A stretch of DNA of 64,000 nt from Mobula hypostoma (taxonomy: Eukaryota): positions 63,798,001 to 63,862,000 of the forward strand of contig NC_086114.1 in assembly GCF_963921235.1 (NCBI RefSeq), in the 5' to 3' direction. Both the position numbers and the translations under genes were made by a program. Under the pieces are notes generated by a model. That model saw nothing but the letters and a program-made list of their open reading frames with translations, was not told the DNA's origin and searched no databases. This document shows positions 12,860 to 25,229 of the stretch, piece after piece (the stretch's first letter is position 1; each line of letters opens with the position of its first letter).

Positions 12860-14921
12860 GTATATATTCCAAATAAGAAGAAATTTTCAAATGGAAGGAG
12901 GACACTACCGTGACAAGTGAAGTCAGAGCCAAAGTAAAAGTAAAAGCAAAAGAGAGGGCATACAAGAAAGCCAAAGCTAGCGGGAAGATAGAAGATTGGG
13001 AAGCTTTTAAAAACTTGCAGAAGTAAACTAAGGAGGACATTAGGAAGGAAAAGATGGATTATGAAAGGAAGCTGGTAACTAATATCAAACAAGATACTAA
13101 AAGCTTTTTTAAGCATATAAAGGGTAAAAGAGAGTTGAGGGTAGGTATAGGACCAATAGAAAATGACACTGGAAATATTGTAATGAGAGATGCAGAGATG
13201 GCAGAGGAACTGAATGCATATTTTGCATCAGTCTTCACAGTGGAAGATGTCTGCAGTATACCGGACATTCAAGAGTGTCAGGGAAGCAAAGTACGTGCAG
13301 TGAAAATTACAACTGAGAAGGCGCTCAGGAACCTTAATGGTCTGAGGGTGGATAAATCTCCTGGACCTGATGGAATGCACCCTTGGATTCTGAAGGAAGT
13401 AGCTGGAGAGATTGCAGAGGCATTAACAATGATATTTCAAGAATCGATAGATTCTGGCATTGTACTGAATGACTGGAAAATTGCAAATAATACTCCACTA
13501 TTTAAGAAGGGTGGGAGACAGCAGAAAGGAAACTATAGACCTGTTAGCCTGACATCAGTGGTTGGGAAGTTGCTGAAATCAATTGTTGGAGATGAGATTA
13601 CGGTGTACCTGGAGGCACATGACAAGATAGGCCAAAGCCAGCATGGTTTCCTGAAAGGAAAATCCTGCCTGACTAACCTACTTTAATTTTTTGAGAAAAT
13701 TCCAATCAGGGTAGACGAAGAAGATGTAGTAGGTGTGGTGTATTTGGATATTCAGAAGGCCTTTGACAAGGTGCCGCACATGAGGTTGCTTAGCAAGGTA
13801 AGAGTCCATGGAATTACAGGGGAGTTTCTAGCACGGGTGGAGCATTGGCTGGTCGGCAGAAAACAGAGAGTGGGAATAAAGGGATCCTATTCTGACTGGC
13901 TGCCAGTTACCAGTGGAGTTCCACGGGGGTCCGTGCTGCTTTTTACGATGTATGTCAATGATTTGGACTACGGGATTAGTGGATTTGTGGCTAAATTTGC
14001 TGATGATACAGGTGGAAGAGCAGGTAGTGTTGAGGAAACAGAGAGCCTGCAGAGAGACTTAGATAATTTAGGGGAATGGGCAAAAAAGTGGCAAATGAAA
14101 TACAATGTTGGAAAGTGTATAGTCGTGCACTTTGGTGGAAGAAATAAATAGGCAGTCTATTATCTAGATGGGGAGAGAATTCAAAATGCAGAGATGCAAA
14201 GGGACTTGGGAGTCCTTGTGCAGGATACCCTAAAGGTTAACCTCCAGATTGAGTCAGTGGTAAAGAAGGCGAATACAATTTTGGCATTCATTTCTAGAGG
14301 TATAGAATATAAGAGCAGGGATGTGATGTTGAAGCTCTATAAGGCACTTGGGAGACCACACTAGGAGTATTGTGTGCAGTTTTGGGCTCCTTATTTTAGA
14401 AAAGGATATACTGACATTGGAGCGGGTTCAGAGAAGATTTATGAGAATGATTCCAGGAATGAAAGGGTTACTGTATGAGGAACGTCTGGCAGCTCTTGGG
14501 CTGTATTCCCTGGAGTTCAGGAGAATAAGGGCGGATCTCATAGAAACATTCTGAGTGTTAAAAGGCCTGAACAGATTAGATATGGCAAAGGTGTTTCCCA
14601 TGGTAGGGGAGTCTAGGACAAGAGGGCACAACTTCAAGATTGAAGGACATTCATTTAGAACAGAGATGCGGAGAAATTACTTCAGTCAGGGGGTGGTAAA
14701 TCTGTGGAATTTGTTGCCGCAAGCGGCTGTGGAGGTCAAGTCATTGGGTGTATTTAAGGCAGAGATAGATAGGTTCTTAATTAGCCAGGGCATCAAAGGG
14801 TATGGGGAGAAGGCAGGGGAGTGGGGATGACTGGAAGAACTGGATCAGACCATGATTGAATGGCAGGGCAGACTCGATGGGCCAAATGGCCTACTTCTGC
14901 TCCTATATCTTATGGTCTTAT
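12860..14921 (+). mobile_element. Degenerate 5'-truncated CR1 LINE (second subfamily)
   Basis: Fragmented RT ORFs (KSPGPDG, NYRPVSLTS, KFADDT); TCTTATGG-type tail. Confidence 0.9.
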
Positions 14922-14949
14922 AGTACATATATTTGTTTCCCTATTGAGC

Positions 14950-15353
14950 CATAATAGACCACAACACCATAAAACACAGGAGCAGAATTAGGTCATTCAG
15001 CCCATTGGGTCTGCTCTGCCATTCCAACATGGCTGATTTATTATCCCTCTAAATTCCATTCTCCTGCCTTCTCACAGTAACCTTTGACACCCTTACTAAT
15101 CAAGAACCTATCAGTCTCCACTTTAAATATACCCAATGACTTGGCCTCCAGCACCATCTATGGCAATGAATTCCACAGATTCACCACCCACTAAAGAAAT
15201 TCCACCTCATCTCTGTTCTCTAAAGGGACATTCTTCTATTCTAAGGCTGTGCCCCTTAGTCTTAAACACTCCCACTATTGAAAACATCCTCTCCATGTCC
15301 ACTTTATCTTGGCCTTTCACTATTTGATAGGTATCAATGAGAACCCCTCTCAT
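14950..15353 (-). mobile_element. CR1 3' fragment
   Basis: Reverse complement of a CR1 ORF2 end and 3' UTR. Confidence 0.75.
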
Positions 15354-15380
15354 CAGACCCTGTTCCAATCCTCTTCACCC

Positions 15381-18300
15381 AATACAAAAAGGACGGGTTA
15401 CACTTAAATCCTCGGGGGACCAATATCCTGGCAGGGAGATTAGCGGGGGCTACTGAGGTGACTTTAAACTAGAATGGTTGGGGGGTGGGAATCAAATTAA
15501 AGCGGCTAGGTGTGAGGAGGTTAGTTCACAACAGAGGGATGGGAACCAGTGCAGAGAGACAGAGGGGTGTAAAGTGAGCGTAGAAGCAAAAAGTACAAAG
15601 GGGAAAAGTAAAAGTGGCAGGCCGACAAATCCAGGGCAAGCATTAAAAAGGGCTAAGAGAGTTGTAAAAGAGTGCCTGAAGGCTTTATGTGTCAATGCAA
15701 GGAGCATTCGTAATAAGGTGGATGAATTGAAAGTGCAGATTGTTATTAATGATTATGATATAGTTGGGATCACAGAGACATGGCTCCAGGGTGACCAGGG
15801 ATGGGAGCTCAACGTTCAGGGATATTCAATATTCAGGAGGGATAGACACGAAGGAAGGGGAGGTGGGGTGGCGTTGCTGGTTAAAAAAGAGATTAACGCA
15901 ATAGAAAGGAAGGACATAAGCCGGGAAGATGTGGAATCGATATGGGTAGAGCTGCGTAACACTAAGGGGCAGAAGACGCTGGTGGGAGTTGTGTACAGGC
16001 CACCTAACAGTAGTAGTGAGGTCGGAGATGGTATTAAACAGGAAATTAGAAATGTGTGCAATAAAGGAACAGCAGTTATAATGGGTGACTTCAATCTACA
16101 TGTAGACTGGGTGAACCAAATTGGTAAAGGTGCTGAGGAAGAGGATTTCTTGGAATGTATGCGGGATGGTTTTTTGAACCAACATGTCGAGGAACCGACT
16201 AGAGAGCAGGCTATTCTGGACTGGGTTTTGAGCAATGAGGAAGGGTTAATTAGCGATCTTGTCGTGAGAGGCCCCTTGGGTAAGAGTGACCATAATATGG
16301 TGGAATTCTTCATTAACATGGAGAGTGACGTAGTTAATTCAGAAACAAAGGTTCTGAACTTAAAGAGGGGTAACTTTGAAGGTATGAGACATGAATTAGC
16401 TAAGATAGACTGGCAAATGACACTTCAAGGATTGACGGTGGATATGCAATGGCAGGCATTTAAAGGTTGCATGGATGAACTACAACAATTGTTCATCCCA
16501 GTTTGGCAAAAGAATAAATCAAGGAAGGTAGTGCACCCGTGGCTGACAAGAGAAATTAGGGATAGTATCAATTCCAAAGAAGTAGCATACAAATTAGCCA
16601 GAGAAAGTGGCTCACCTGAGGACTGGGAGAAATTCAGAGTTCAGCAGAGGAGGACAAAGGGCTTAATTAGGAAGGGGAAAAAAGATTATGAGAGAAAACT
16701 GGCAGAGAACATAAAAACGGACTGTAAAAGCTTTTATAGATATGTAAAAAGGAAAAGACTGATAAAGACAAATGTAGGTCCCCTGCAAACAGAAACAGGT
16801 GAATTGATTATGGGGAGCAAGGACATGGCAGACCAATTGAATAATTACTTTGGTTCTGTCTTCACTAAGGAGGACATAAATAATCTTCCAGAAATAGTAA
16901 GGGACAGAGGGTCCAGTGAGATGGAGGAACTGAGCGAAATACATGTTAGTAGGGAAGTGGTGTTAGGTAAATTGAAGGGATTGAAGGCAGATAAATCCCC
17001 AGGGCCAGATGGTCTGCATCCCAGAGTGCTTAAGGAAGTGGCCCAAGAAATAGTGGATGCATTAGTGATAATTTTTCAAAACTCGTTAGATTCTGGACTA
17101 GTTCCTGAGGATTGGAGGGTGGCTAATGTAACCCCACTTTTTAAAAAAAGGAGGGAGAGAGAAACCGGGGAATTATAGGCCCGTTAGCCTAACGTCGGTG
17201 GTGGGGAAACTGCTGGAGTCAGTTATCAAGGATGTGATAACAGCACATTTGGAAAGCGGTGAAATGATCGGACAAAGTCAGCATGGATTTGTGAAAGGAA
17301 AATCATGTCTGACGAATCTCATAGAATTTTTTGAGGATGTAACTAGTAGAGTGGATAGGGGAGAACCAGTGGATGTGGTATATTTGGATTTTCAAAAGGC
17401 TTTTGACAAGGTCCCACATAGGAGATTAGTGTGCAAACTTAAAGCACACGGTATTGGGGGTAAGGTATTGGTGTGGGTGGAGAATTGGTTAGCAGACAGG
17501 AAGCAAAGAGTGGGAATAAACGGGACCTTTTCAGAATGGCAGGCGGTGACTAGTGGGGTACCGCAAGGCTCAGTGCTGGGACCCCAGTTGTTTACAATAT
17601 ATATTAATGACTTGGATGAGGGAATTAAATGCAGCATCTCCAAGTTTGCGGATGACACGAAGCTGGGTGGCAGTGTTAGCAGTGAGGAGGATGCTAAGAG
17701 GATGCAGGGTGACTTGGATAGGTTGGGTGAGTGGGCAAACTCATGGCAGATGCAATTTAATGTGGATAAATGTGAAGTTATCCACTTTGGTGGCAAAAAT
17801 AGGAAAACAGATTATTATCTGAATGGTGGCCGATTAGGAAAAGGGGAGGTGCAACGAGACCTGGGTGTCATTATACACCAGTCATTGAAAGTGGGCATGC
17901 AGGTACAGCAGGCGGTGAAAAAGGCTAACGGTATGCTGGCATTTATAGCGAGAGGATTCGAGTACAGGAGCAGGGAGGTACTACTGCAGTTGTACAAGGC
18001 CTTGGTGAGACCACACCTGGAGTATTGTGTGCAGTTTTGGTCCCCTAATCTGAGGAAAGACATCTTTGCCATAGAGGGAGTACAAAGAAGGTTCACCAGA
18101 TTGATTCCTGGGATGGCAGGTCTTTCATATGAAGAAAGACTGGATGAACTGGGCTTGTACTCGTTGGAATTTAGAAGATTGAGGGGGGATCTGATTGAAA
18201 CGTATAAGATCCTAAAGGGATTGGACAGGCTAGATGCAGGAAGATTGTTCCCGATGTTGGGGAGGTCTAGAACGAGGGGTCACAGTTTGAGGATAGAGGG

Positions 18301-18574
18301 GAAGCCTTTTAGGACCGAGGTTAGGAAAAACTTCTTCACACAGAGAGTGGTGAATCTGTGGAATTCTCTGCCACAGCAAACTGTTGAGGCCAGTTCATTA
18401 GCTATGTTTAAAAGGAAGTTAGATATGGCCCTTGTGGCTACAGGAGTCAGGGGGTATGGAGGGAAGGCTGGGTTCTGAGTTGGATGATCAGCCATGATCA
18501 TAATAAATGGCGGTGCAGGCTCGAAGGGCCGAATGGCCTACTCCTGCACCTATTTTCTATGTTTCTATGTTTCT
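15381..18574 (+). mobile_element. Young 5'-truncated CR1 LINE: ORF1 C-terminus plus near-intact ORF2 (APE + RT)
   Basis: ORF1 tail DGLHLNPRG (SGNH esterase-like); ORF2 motifs GITETW, MGDFN, SDH, PQGSVLGP and KFADDTK. One +1 frameshift in an A7 run near 17143; (TTTCTATG)n tail; TSD AATACAA at 15381-15387 and 18575-18581. Confidence 0.95.
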
Positions 18575-18601
18575 AATACAATTGAGGTGCTGCCTGCTCA
18601 C

Positions 18602-18669
18602 CTTCTGAGGAGTGAAGATGATCTTGTATTTGCGCCACCTGCTATCCGCTTTATCTGCTTTGACAATCT
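18602..18669 (-). CDS. VPS33B: VPS33B exon 5
   Basis: (E)IVKADKADSRWRKYKIIFTPQK; 68 nt; gtgagc donor. Confidence 0.94.
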
Positions 18670-19435
18670 CTGAAAGGAAAAATACACATTTTTTTACTCT
18701 GTCAACATTCACCAATGCTGTAATCAAATTGAGAAGAATATAACCGAAAGCAAAGAAAAAGCTTGCAGTACAACTGGATTTTTCTGGCCTGTTAATTAAT
18801 TACCCATAAGATGAGACTTCCATTAAAGTTGGCCACACACGCTGGTGAATGCAGTTTCACCTACCTCTTGCTTGGGGATAATTTCATAAGTAATCATTAA
18901 AATTTGCTCTTGATATTGGTATTGTTTTATTATTATCACATATAACAAGATACAGTGAAAAGCTTGCCTTGCACACTGTTCATACAGATCAGTGCATTGA
19001 GGTCAACAAGGTAAAACTAGAACATAGAATAAACTCTAACAGCTACAGAGAGAAAGTGTAAACAACAAAGTGCAAGAACATAATGGCATAGATTGTGAGG
19101 CCAACAGTCCATCTTATTGCATAAGAGATCAGTTCAAGAGTCTGATAACAGTGGGGTAAAAGCTGTCCTTGAGACTGGTGGTACGTGCTTTCAGGACTTG
19201 CAATCTCTGCCCAAAGGGAAAGGGGGGTAGAGGCAATGTACGGAGAGGGTGTGGTCTATGATTATGCTGGCTGTTTTACTGAAGCAGCAAGAAGTGCAGA
19301 CAGAGTCCAGAGAGGGAAGGTGGTTTATTTTATGTGCTGAGCTGTGTCCACAACTCTCTCCACTTATACGCAGAGCAGGTGCCATAACAAGCCATTCATT
19401 ATGCAGCCAGATAGTATGTTTTATACATTTCATCA

Positions 19436-19842
19436 ATAACAACAGAATTTTCTGGTGGAGCCATTCAGGAAGCTGTATTCCGTACATTACAACAGAATTT
19501 CTGGGTATAACCACTGAGGAAGCTGTAATCCCTACATCACAGACAAATTTCTCAGTGTAGCCATTGAGGAAGCTGTAATCCCCACATTACAACAGAATTT
19601 CCGGGTGTAGTCACTGAGGAAGTGTATTCCATACATTACACCAGAATTTCCAGGTGTAGCCATTGAGGAAGCTGTAATCCCTACATTACAGACAAATTTC
19701 TCAGTGTAGCCATTGAGGAAGCTGTAATCCCTACATTACAACAGAATTTCTGGGTGTAGTCATTGAGGAAGCTGTATTCCCTACATTACAACAGAATTTC
19801 CAGGTGTAGCCATCGAGGAAACTGTAATCCCTACATTACAAC
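19436..19842. repeat. 50-bp minisatellite, about 8 units, with trimeric higher-order structure
   Basis: GAGGAAG recurs about every 50 nt from 19467 to 19815. Confidence 0.9.
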
Positions 19843-21186
19843 CAAGCAGAACTAATTCACTGTGAAACAATGTGAGATGTAACCTGTGAAAGTTGCTGCG
19901 GAAATGCAACTCCTCTCCTTTTCAATGAAACAGGGATTTCTTTTCAAAAACTGTCCACTGCAAAGCCCCTTAAAAGGTTCTGTGATGGTGAAAGGTCGAA
20001 AGTCCTCTTGTTTCTTTCAGGCCAGGCTAGAGAACTGTGTACAATTCTGTATAACAGTATGCCTTCTTATTTTGCCTTTCCTCTGGTTTCTTTACAAATG
20101 CTGACAAGTGTTCCAGCAACCTAACAGAATGAATACAATAGATAAAGTGACCATGGCAACTGCTTGGTATGCTGCTCACTAACACACAGCACCTCCCTCT
20201 GGCTAGTTGTAGAATCAAAACTCAGCCTCCAAGTGAGCACCCTAACTCAAAAGGCTCCATCAAACCTCTCAGGTGCTTTTCTGCTGCCTGTGGAAAGAAA
20301 CCTAATCTCTTCAGAACAGCACTGCACAATGGGCTGATAGCCATTTCCAGCTCCAAGAATGATATACTTTTGTAAAAGCACATCCCTTTAGAACAGAGTA
20401 AGAAAGAATTTCTTTAGCCAGAGGGTGGTGAATCTGAGGAATTCATTGCCACGGATGCTGTCGTTGGTTATATCTTAAGTGGAGGTTGATATGACATAGG
20501 AGCAGAACCAGGTATTTGGCCATTGAGTCTGCTCCACCATTTGATTAAATCTGATTTATTATCCCTCTCAAATTCATTCTTCTGTCTTCTCCCCATAATC
20601 TTTGTTGCCCTTAGCAATCAAGAACCTATCAACCTCCCATTTTAAATATACCCAATTTGAGTTGGCCTCCAGTTCTTGGTCAGTTAGATTGAGTAAATAT
20701 GGAAAGGATGTTTTCTGAGGGGGAGCCTAGGACCAGAGGGCACAGCCTCAGAATAGAGCAGACGTTCCCAACCCTTTTTATGCCATGGATCAATACCATT
20801 AAGCAAGAGATCGGTGGACCCCAGGTTAGAAACCCCCGGAATAGAGGGACACTCCTTTATAACAGAGATGAGGAGGAATATCTTCAGCCAAATGGTGGTG
20901 AATCTGTGGAATTCATTGCCAAAGACGGCGTGGAGGCCAAGTCATTGGGTATACGTAAAATGGAGGTTGATGGGTTCTTGGTTAGTAGGGACATCAGAGG
21001 TTATGGGAAGAAGACAGGAGAATGCTGAAGCAAACACAATGAGCTGAATGGCATGATTCTGCTCCTGGGATTTACAGTCAGACAAGATTGGTATACAAGG
21101 GCCAAACCCAGACTGAAACATGAGAAGTTCCAAACCTATTTCACGTTTACTTTGATTAGCACTTCTGGGTGGGGACCCAATCTTAC

Positions 21187-21236
21187 CTACTATATGCTTT
21201 ACACTGGAAATCCGAGGACGGACAAGAAAACATAAT
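21187..21236 (-). CDS. VPS33B: VPS33B exon 4
   Basis: LCFLVRPRISSVKHIV; 50 nt; phase 2 to 1; gtaaga donor. Confidence 0.94.
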
Positions 21237-21889
21237 CTGCAAAAGAAAAGGTGGATACAACATATTAACTAAACAGTCAGGATTTGAGAGTCACAGAGTT
21301 ATGTTGTATGTTAAAAGAAACAGGCCCTTTGGTCCAGTGCATCCATGCTGACCAAGATGTCAACCTGAGCTACTCCCATTTGCTTGCATTTGGCCTAAGT
21401 CTCACAAGGTTAAAGTTTCATTTATTATCAAAGTATACAACCCTGAAATTCTTCAGTACTCCCAGTAGCCATGAAACCAAGAAAGAAAAGAAAAGCAGCA
21501 TGATCATTAACCCCCAAGTCCCTTCTCCCGCAAAAAAAAAACTAACAAAAATGAAGCAGGCACATTGACCTGCAAATACCGCTCCCTACACAAAAAAACA
21601 AGAAGATCGGGCGAAAAACACAGAATATAAAAACTATAAGACTGAAAAATAGAGCCTATAGTCCAAAGTCCACATCCAAACGCAGAAAAAACCTGGGCAC
21701 ACTCTCCAGGCGCAGCCGCAGGCTCCCCCTCTCCAGTACAGAGCACCAATCAAAAGGCAGGCAGTCGGCATTCACCCTCTGCTTTCACTTTGATGCTTCA
21801 GTCTCCCTTTAATTGTCGAACGATAGGAGCTTTAATCAGCTAAATGGAGCCAAACATCAGCTTGCGCCCCATCCTGCAGCCTACCCACT

Positions 21890-22350
21890 ACAAAATTTCT
21901 TTCCCTGTAATCTATCAAAATGTCTAATTGTAACTGTACCCACCTCCACCACTTCCTCTGGCAACTTGTTCCATACACCCATCACCTGTGTGAGAAAAAG
22001 TTCTTCAATTGACCTTTTAATCTTTCCCCCTCTGAGCTTAAACTTTTGCCCACTAGTTTTAGACTCACTATCCTGGGAAAAAGACTGATCATTCACCTTA
22101 TCTACTCCCCTCATGATTTTATAAACTTGTGTACAGTCACCCCTCAGCCTCTTTAACTCCAGGGAAAGAAGTCCCAGCCTATCCAGCCACTCCTTATAAC
22201 TCAGGCCCTCCACTCCCAAAAACATCGTCATGGAATTTTCTTGGCACTCTTTCCAGCTAAATTACATCCTCCCTACAGCTGGGCAACCAGAACTGCACAA
22301 AATACTCTAAGCGTGGTTTCACCAAGAACCTGTACAGTTGCAACAGGACA
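21890..22350 (-). mobile_element. CR1/L2-like 3' fragment
   Basis: LSYKEWLDRLGLLSLE...WNKLPEEVVE. Confidence 0.75.
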
Positions 22351-23008
22351 CGCTATCTCCTGTATCTATGGCCGTAATCAAGTGACTTGTCCAGCACTCT
22401 ATCTATCTGAATGGCCACTTTCAGGGAACTATGCACTTGGTCTCTCAATTCTACCTCTGCAGGGTCCTACCACTTACAGTGCAATTCCTATCCTGTTTTA
22501 ATTTCCCAAAATACAACACCTCACAGTTATTTATTTAGAGATACAGCACACAACAGGCTCTTTCAGGTCTTTGAGCTGCACCAACAACCACCCGCCGATT
22601 TAACCTCAGCTTAACCACGGGAGGATTTACAATGACCAATTAATCCAGTAACCAGTATCCCTTTGGACTGTGGGAGGAAACCAGAACACCCGGAGGAAAG
22701 CCACACGTTCACAGGTAGTTACAGAGTGTTGAACTCTGAACCCCAACTCCCTGAGCTGTAATAGTGTCATTGCTAATCACTACGTCACCGTAACGCCCTT
22801 TATCTGCATTAAATTGCATCTGCCATTCTTTGGAACTGAGTCCCTGAAGAAACATTTGTTGTGAAGCTTCATTGTTGATTAATTTCACATCATTAGGGAG
22901 AAGGGAAAGGCACTGTCTCATCACTGACAGCCACCACTTCCCCATCCCCTCCCCAACTACATACCTGCAACCACTACCCCATCCACTTCCCACTGACCCA
23001 ATACTCAC

Positions 23009-23070
23009 TGGTCGCTGACTGCCTGAGTCAGCTTATTTTCTAGTTTGTACAGCTTCTCCACATCGTGTTG
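23009..23070 (-). CDS. VPS33B: VPS33B exon 3
   Basis: QHDVEKLYKLENKLTQAVSD(Q); 62 nt; ttttgcag acceptor and gtgagt donor. Confidence 0.94.
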
Positions 23071-23569
23071 CTGCAAAACAGAAAAACAGTGAAGTTCCAA
23101 GTAAATTTATTATCAAAATGCATATATGTCACTGTATATAACCCTGAGATTCACTGTCTTGTGGGCATTCACAGTAAACACAAGAAACACAATAGAATCA
23201 GTGAAAGACCGCATCCAACAGGACACACAAAGAATGGGCAAAAAGCAAAAAAATGTGCAAATACAAAAAGAAAATAATAACAAAAAATAAGCAATAAATA
23301 TTGAGAATATGAGATGAAGAGTCCTTGAAAGTGAGTCCATAGGTTTTGGGAACAGTTCAGTGATGGGGTGAGTGAAGTTATCCCCACTGGCTCAAGAGTA
23401 CTACCTGTTCCTGAAGCTGCTGGTGTGGGTCCTGAGGCTCTAGTACCTGCTTCCTGAGGCAGCAGTGAGAAAACAGCATGGCCTGGGTGGTGGGGGTCCT
23501 TGATGAGCATTCTGCCATCAAGGCATCAGCCATTCTGTCTTTAGCTACCTAAATGTTTTGAAAAGAGCT

Positions 23570-25070
23570 CAAGAAACAACACCTCATCTTCTAACTGGGT
23601 CATTACAGTCAATGCTGAATCCCACCACTCCAGATATTGCTGAGCCCTGACATAAATTGGGGGACCACTTTGTGGAGCACCTCGCTCCATCCGCAAAAAG
23701 TGGAATTTCCCGGTGGCCAACCATTTCAATTCCAATGCCCATTCCAGTTCTGACATGGCCTCTTCTTCTGCCATGATGAGGGCACTCTCAGAATGGAGCA
23801 GCAACAACTGATATTCCGTCTAGATAGCCTCCAACCTGATGGCACAAATATCAATTTGTACTTCCAGTAATTTTTTCCCTCTTCTGTTATTTCCCACTCT
23901 GGCCTTAACTCCCCTTTGTGCCCCTCTCATGGTCCACTCTCCTCGCTAACAGATTCTTTCTTCTCCAGCCCTTCACCTTTTCCATCCATCACCTCCCAGC
24001 TCCTTCATCCCCCCTCCCCCACCCACCTGGCTTCACTCATCACCTTCCAGCTTGTTCCCCTTCCCCTTCTCCCATTTTTTTATCTGATATGTTCCCCCTT
24101 CCTTTTCAGTCTTGAAGAAGGGTCTCAGCCCATTGTTTACTCATTTCCACGGATGCTGCCTGACCTAAGATTATTTATTTATTTAGCGATACAGTGGAGT
24201 TGGCCCTTGCAGCCCTTCGAGTCACGCCACTCCTGCAACCCCACAACCCCGGTTAACTCTAACCGGACAATCACAACGACCCAGTTAACCTACGCAGTAT
24301 GTCTTTGGGCTGGGGGAGGAAATCGGAGCACCTGGGGAAAACCCAAGCATTCCATAGCAAGGATGCAGGGACCCTCCTTACAGAACAGCACATGAACTGA
24401 ACTCCAAAACACCCTGAGCTATAATACTGTTACCATAGCTATCACTGCGGCGCCCAGATTACCTTCTGACTTCCTCCAGCATTCTGTGTATGTTGCTCTG
24501 GATTTCCAGCGTCTGCAGAACCTCGTGTTTATGAATTGCAGATATTATTACTCCAGTCTTGTATCATAATTCACCAGCGTGCAGGCTTGTTCCTCCCATT
24601 CATTTTGAATTGTACTTATCTTCTTATTCACACCTCCTCCCACACACCCCTACAACACACACAATGCTGGAGGAGCTCAGTAAGTCAGGCAGCATCTATG
24701 GAGAGGGAATAAGCGTTAACATTTCAGGTTGAGACCCTTCGTCAGCACTAGAAAGCAAGGGGGCAGAGGTCAGAAAAAGGTGGTGGGGTTGTACAAGCTG
24801 GCAAGTAATGGGTGAAACCAGGTGAAGGTGAAAATGGGTGGGTGGAAATGAATTAAGGAGCTGGGAGGTGATAGGTGGAAAAGGGAAAGGGCTGAAGGAG
24901 GAGGAGTTTGATAGGAGAGTGGACGGTGGGAGGAAAGGAAGGAGTGGCACTAGAGGGAGGGGATGGGCAGGTAAGGAGAAGAAAAGGAATGAGAAAAGGA
25001 GCAGGAATGGAAAATGGAAAAAGAAATGGGAGAGGAGGGAGAAATGAATGGAAGTTAGAGAAATCAATGC
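23570..25070. mobile_element. Cluster of Penelope fragments in both orientations with a nested SINE
   Basis: FPVANHFNS...LRMEQQQLIFRLDSLQPDG remnants; pLTR motifs near 24110 (+) and 24720 (-). Confidence 0.7.
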
Positions 25071-25229
25071 TCTTTTATTCACCATATATTGCTCCCTCTT
25101 TCATCGGCACTAAATCACTTGTATCATTCACACACACTCCTCTAACTACACCTTCCTTTTTATTCCTCCTTTCTCTCCTCCCCCACTAAAAACATTTTTA
25201 ATTCCTTTTAGAATAAGGTAGATAATTTT

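Noticed and set aside
15492-18501. Multiple antisense ORFs over CR1 ORF2, mirrored at 37747-40108
   Set aside because: These are shadow ORFs of the LINE coding sequence and recur only because the LINE is duplicated.
19436-19842. CRISPR-like array
   Set aside because: There are no unique spacers, the whole unit is repeated, the context is a vertebrate intron and there are no cas genes.
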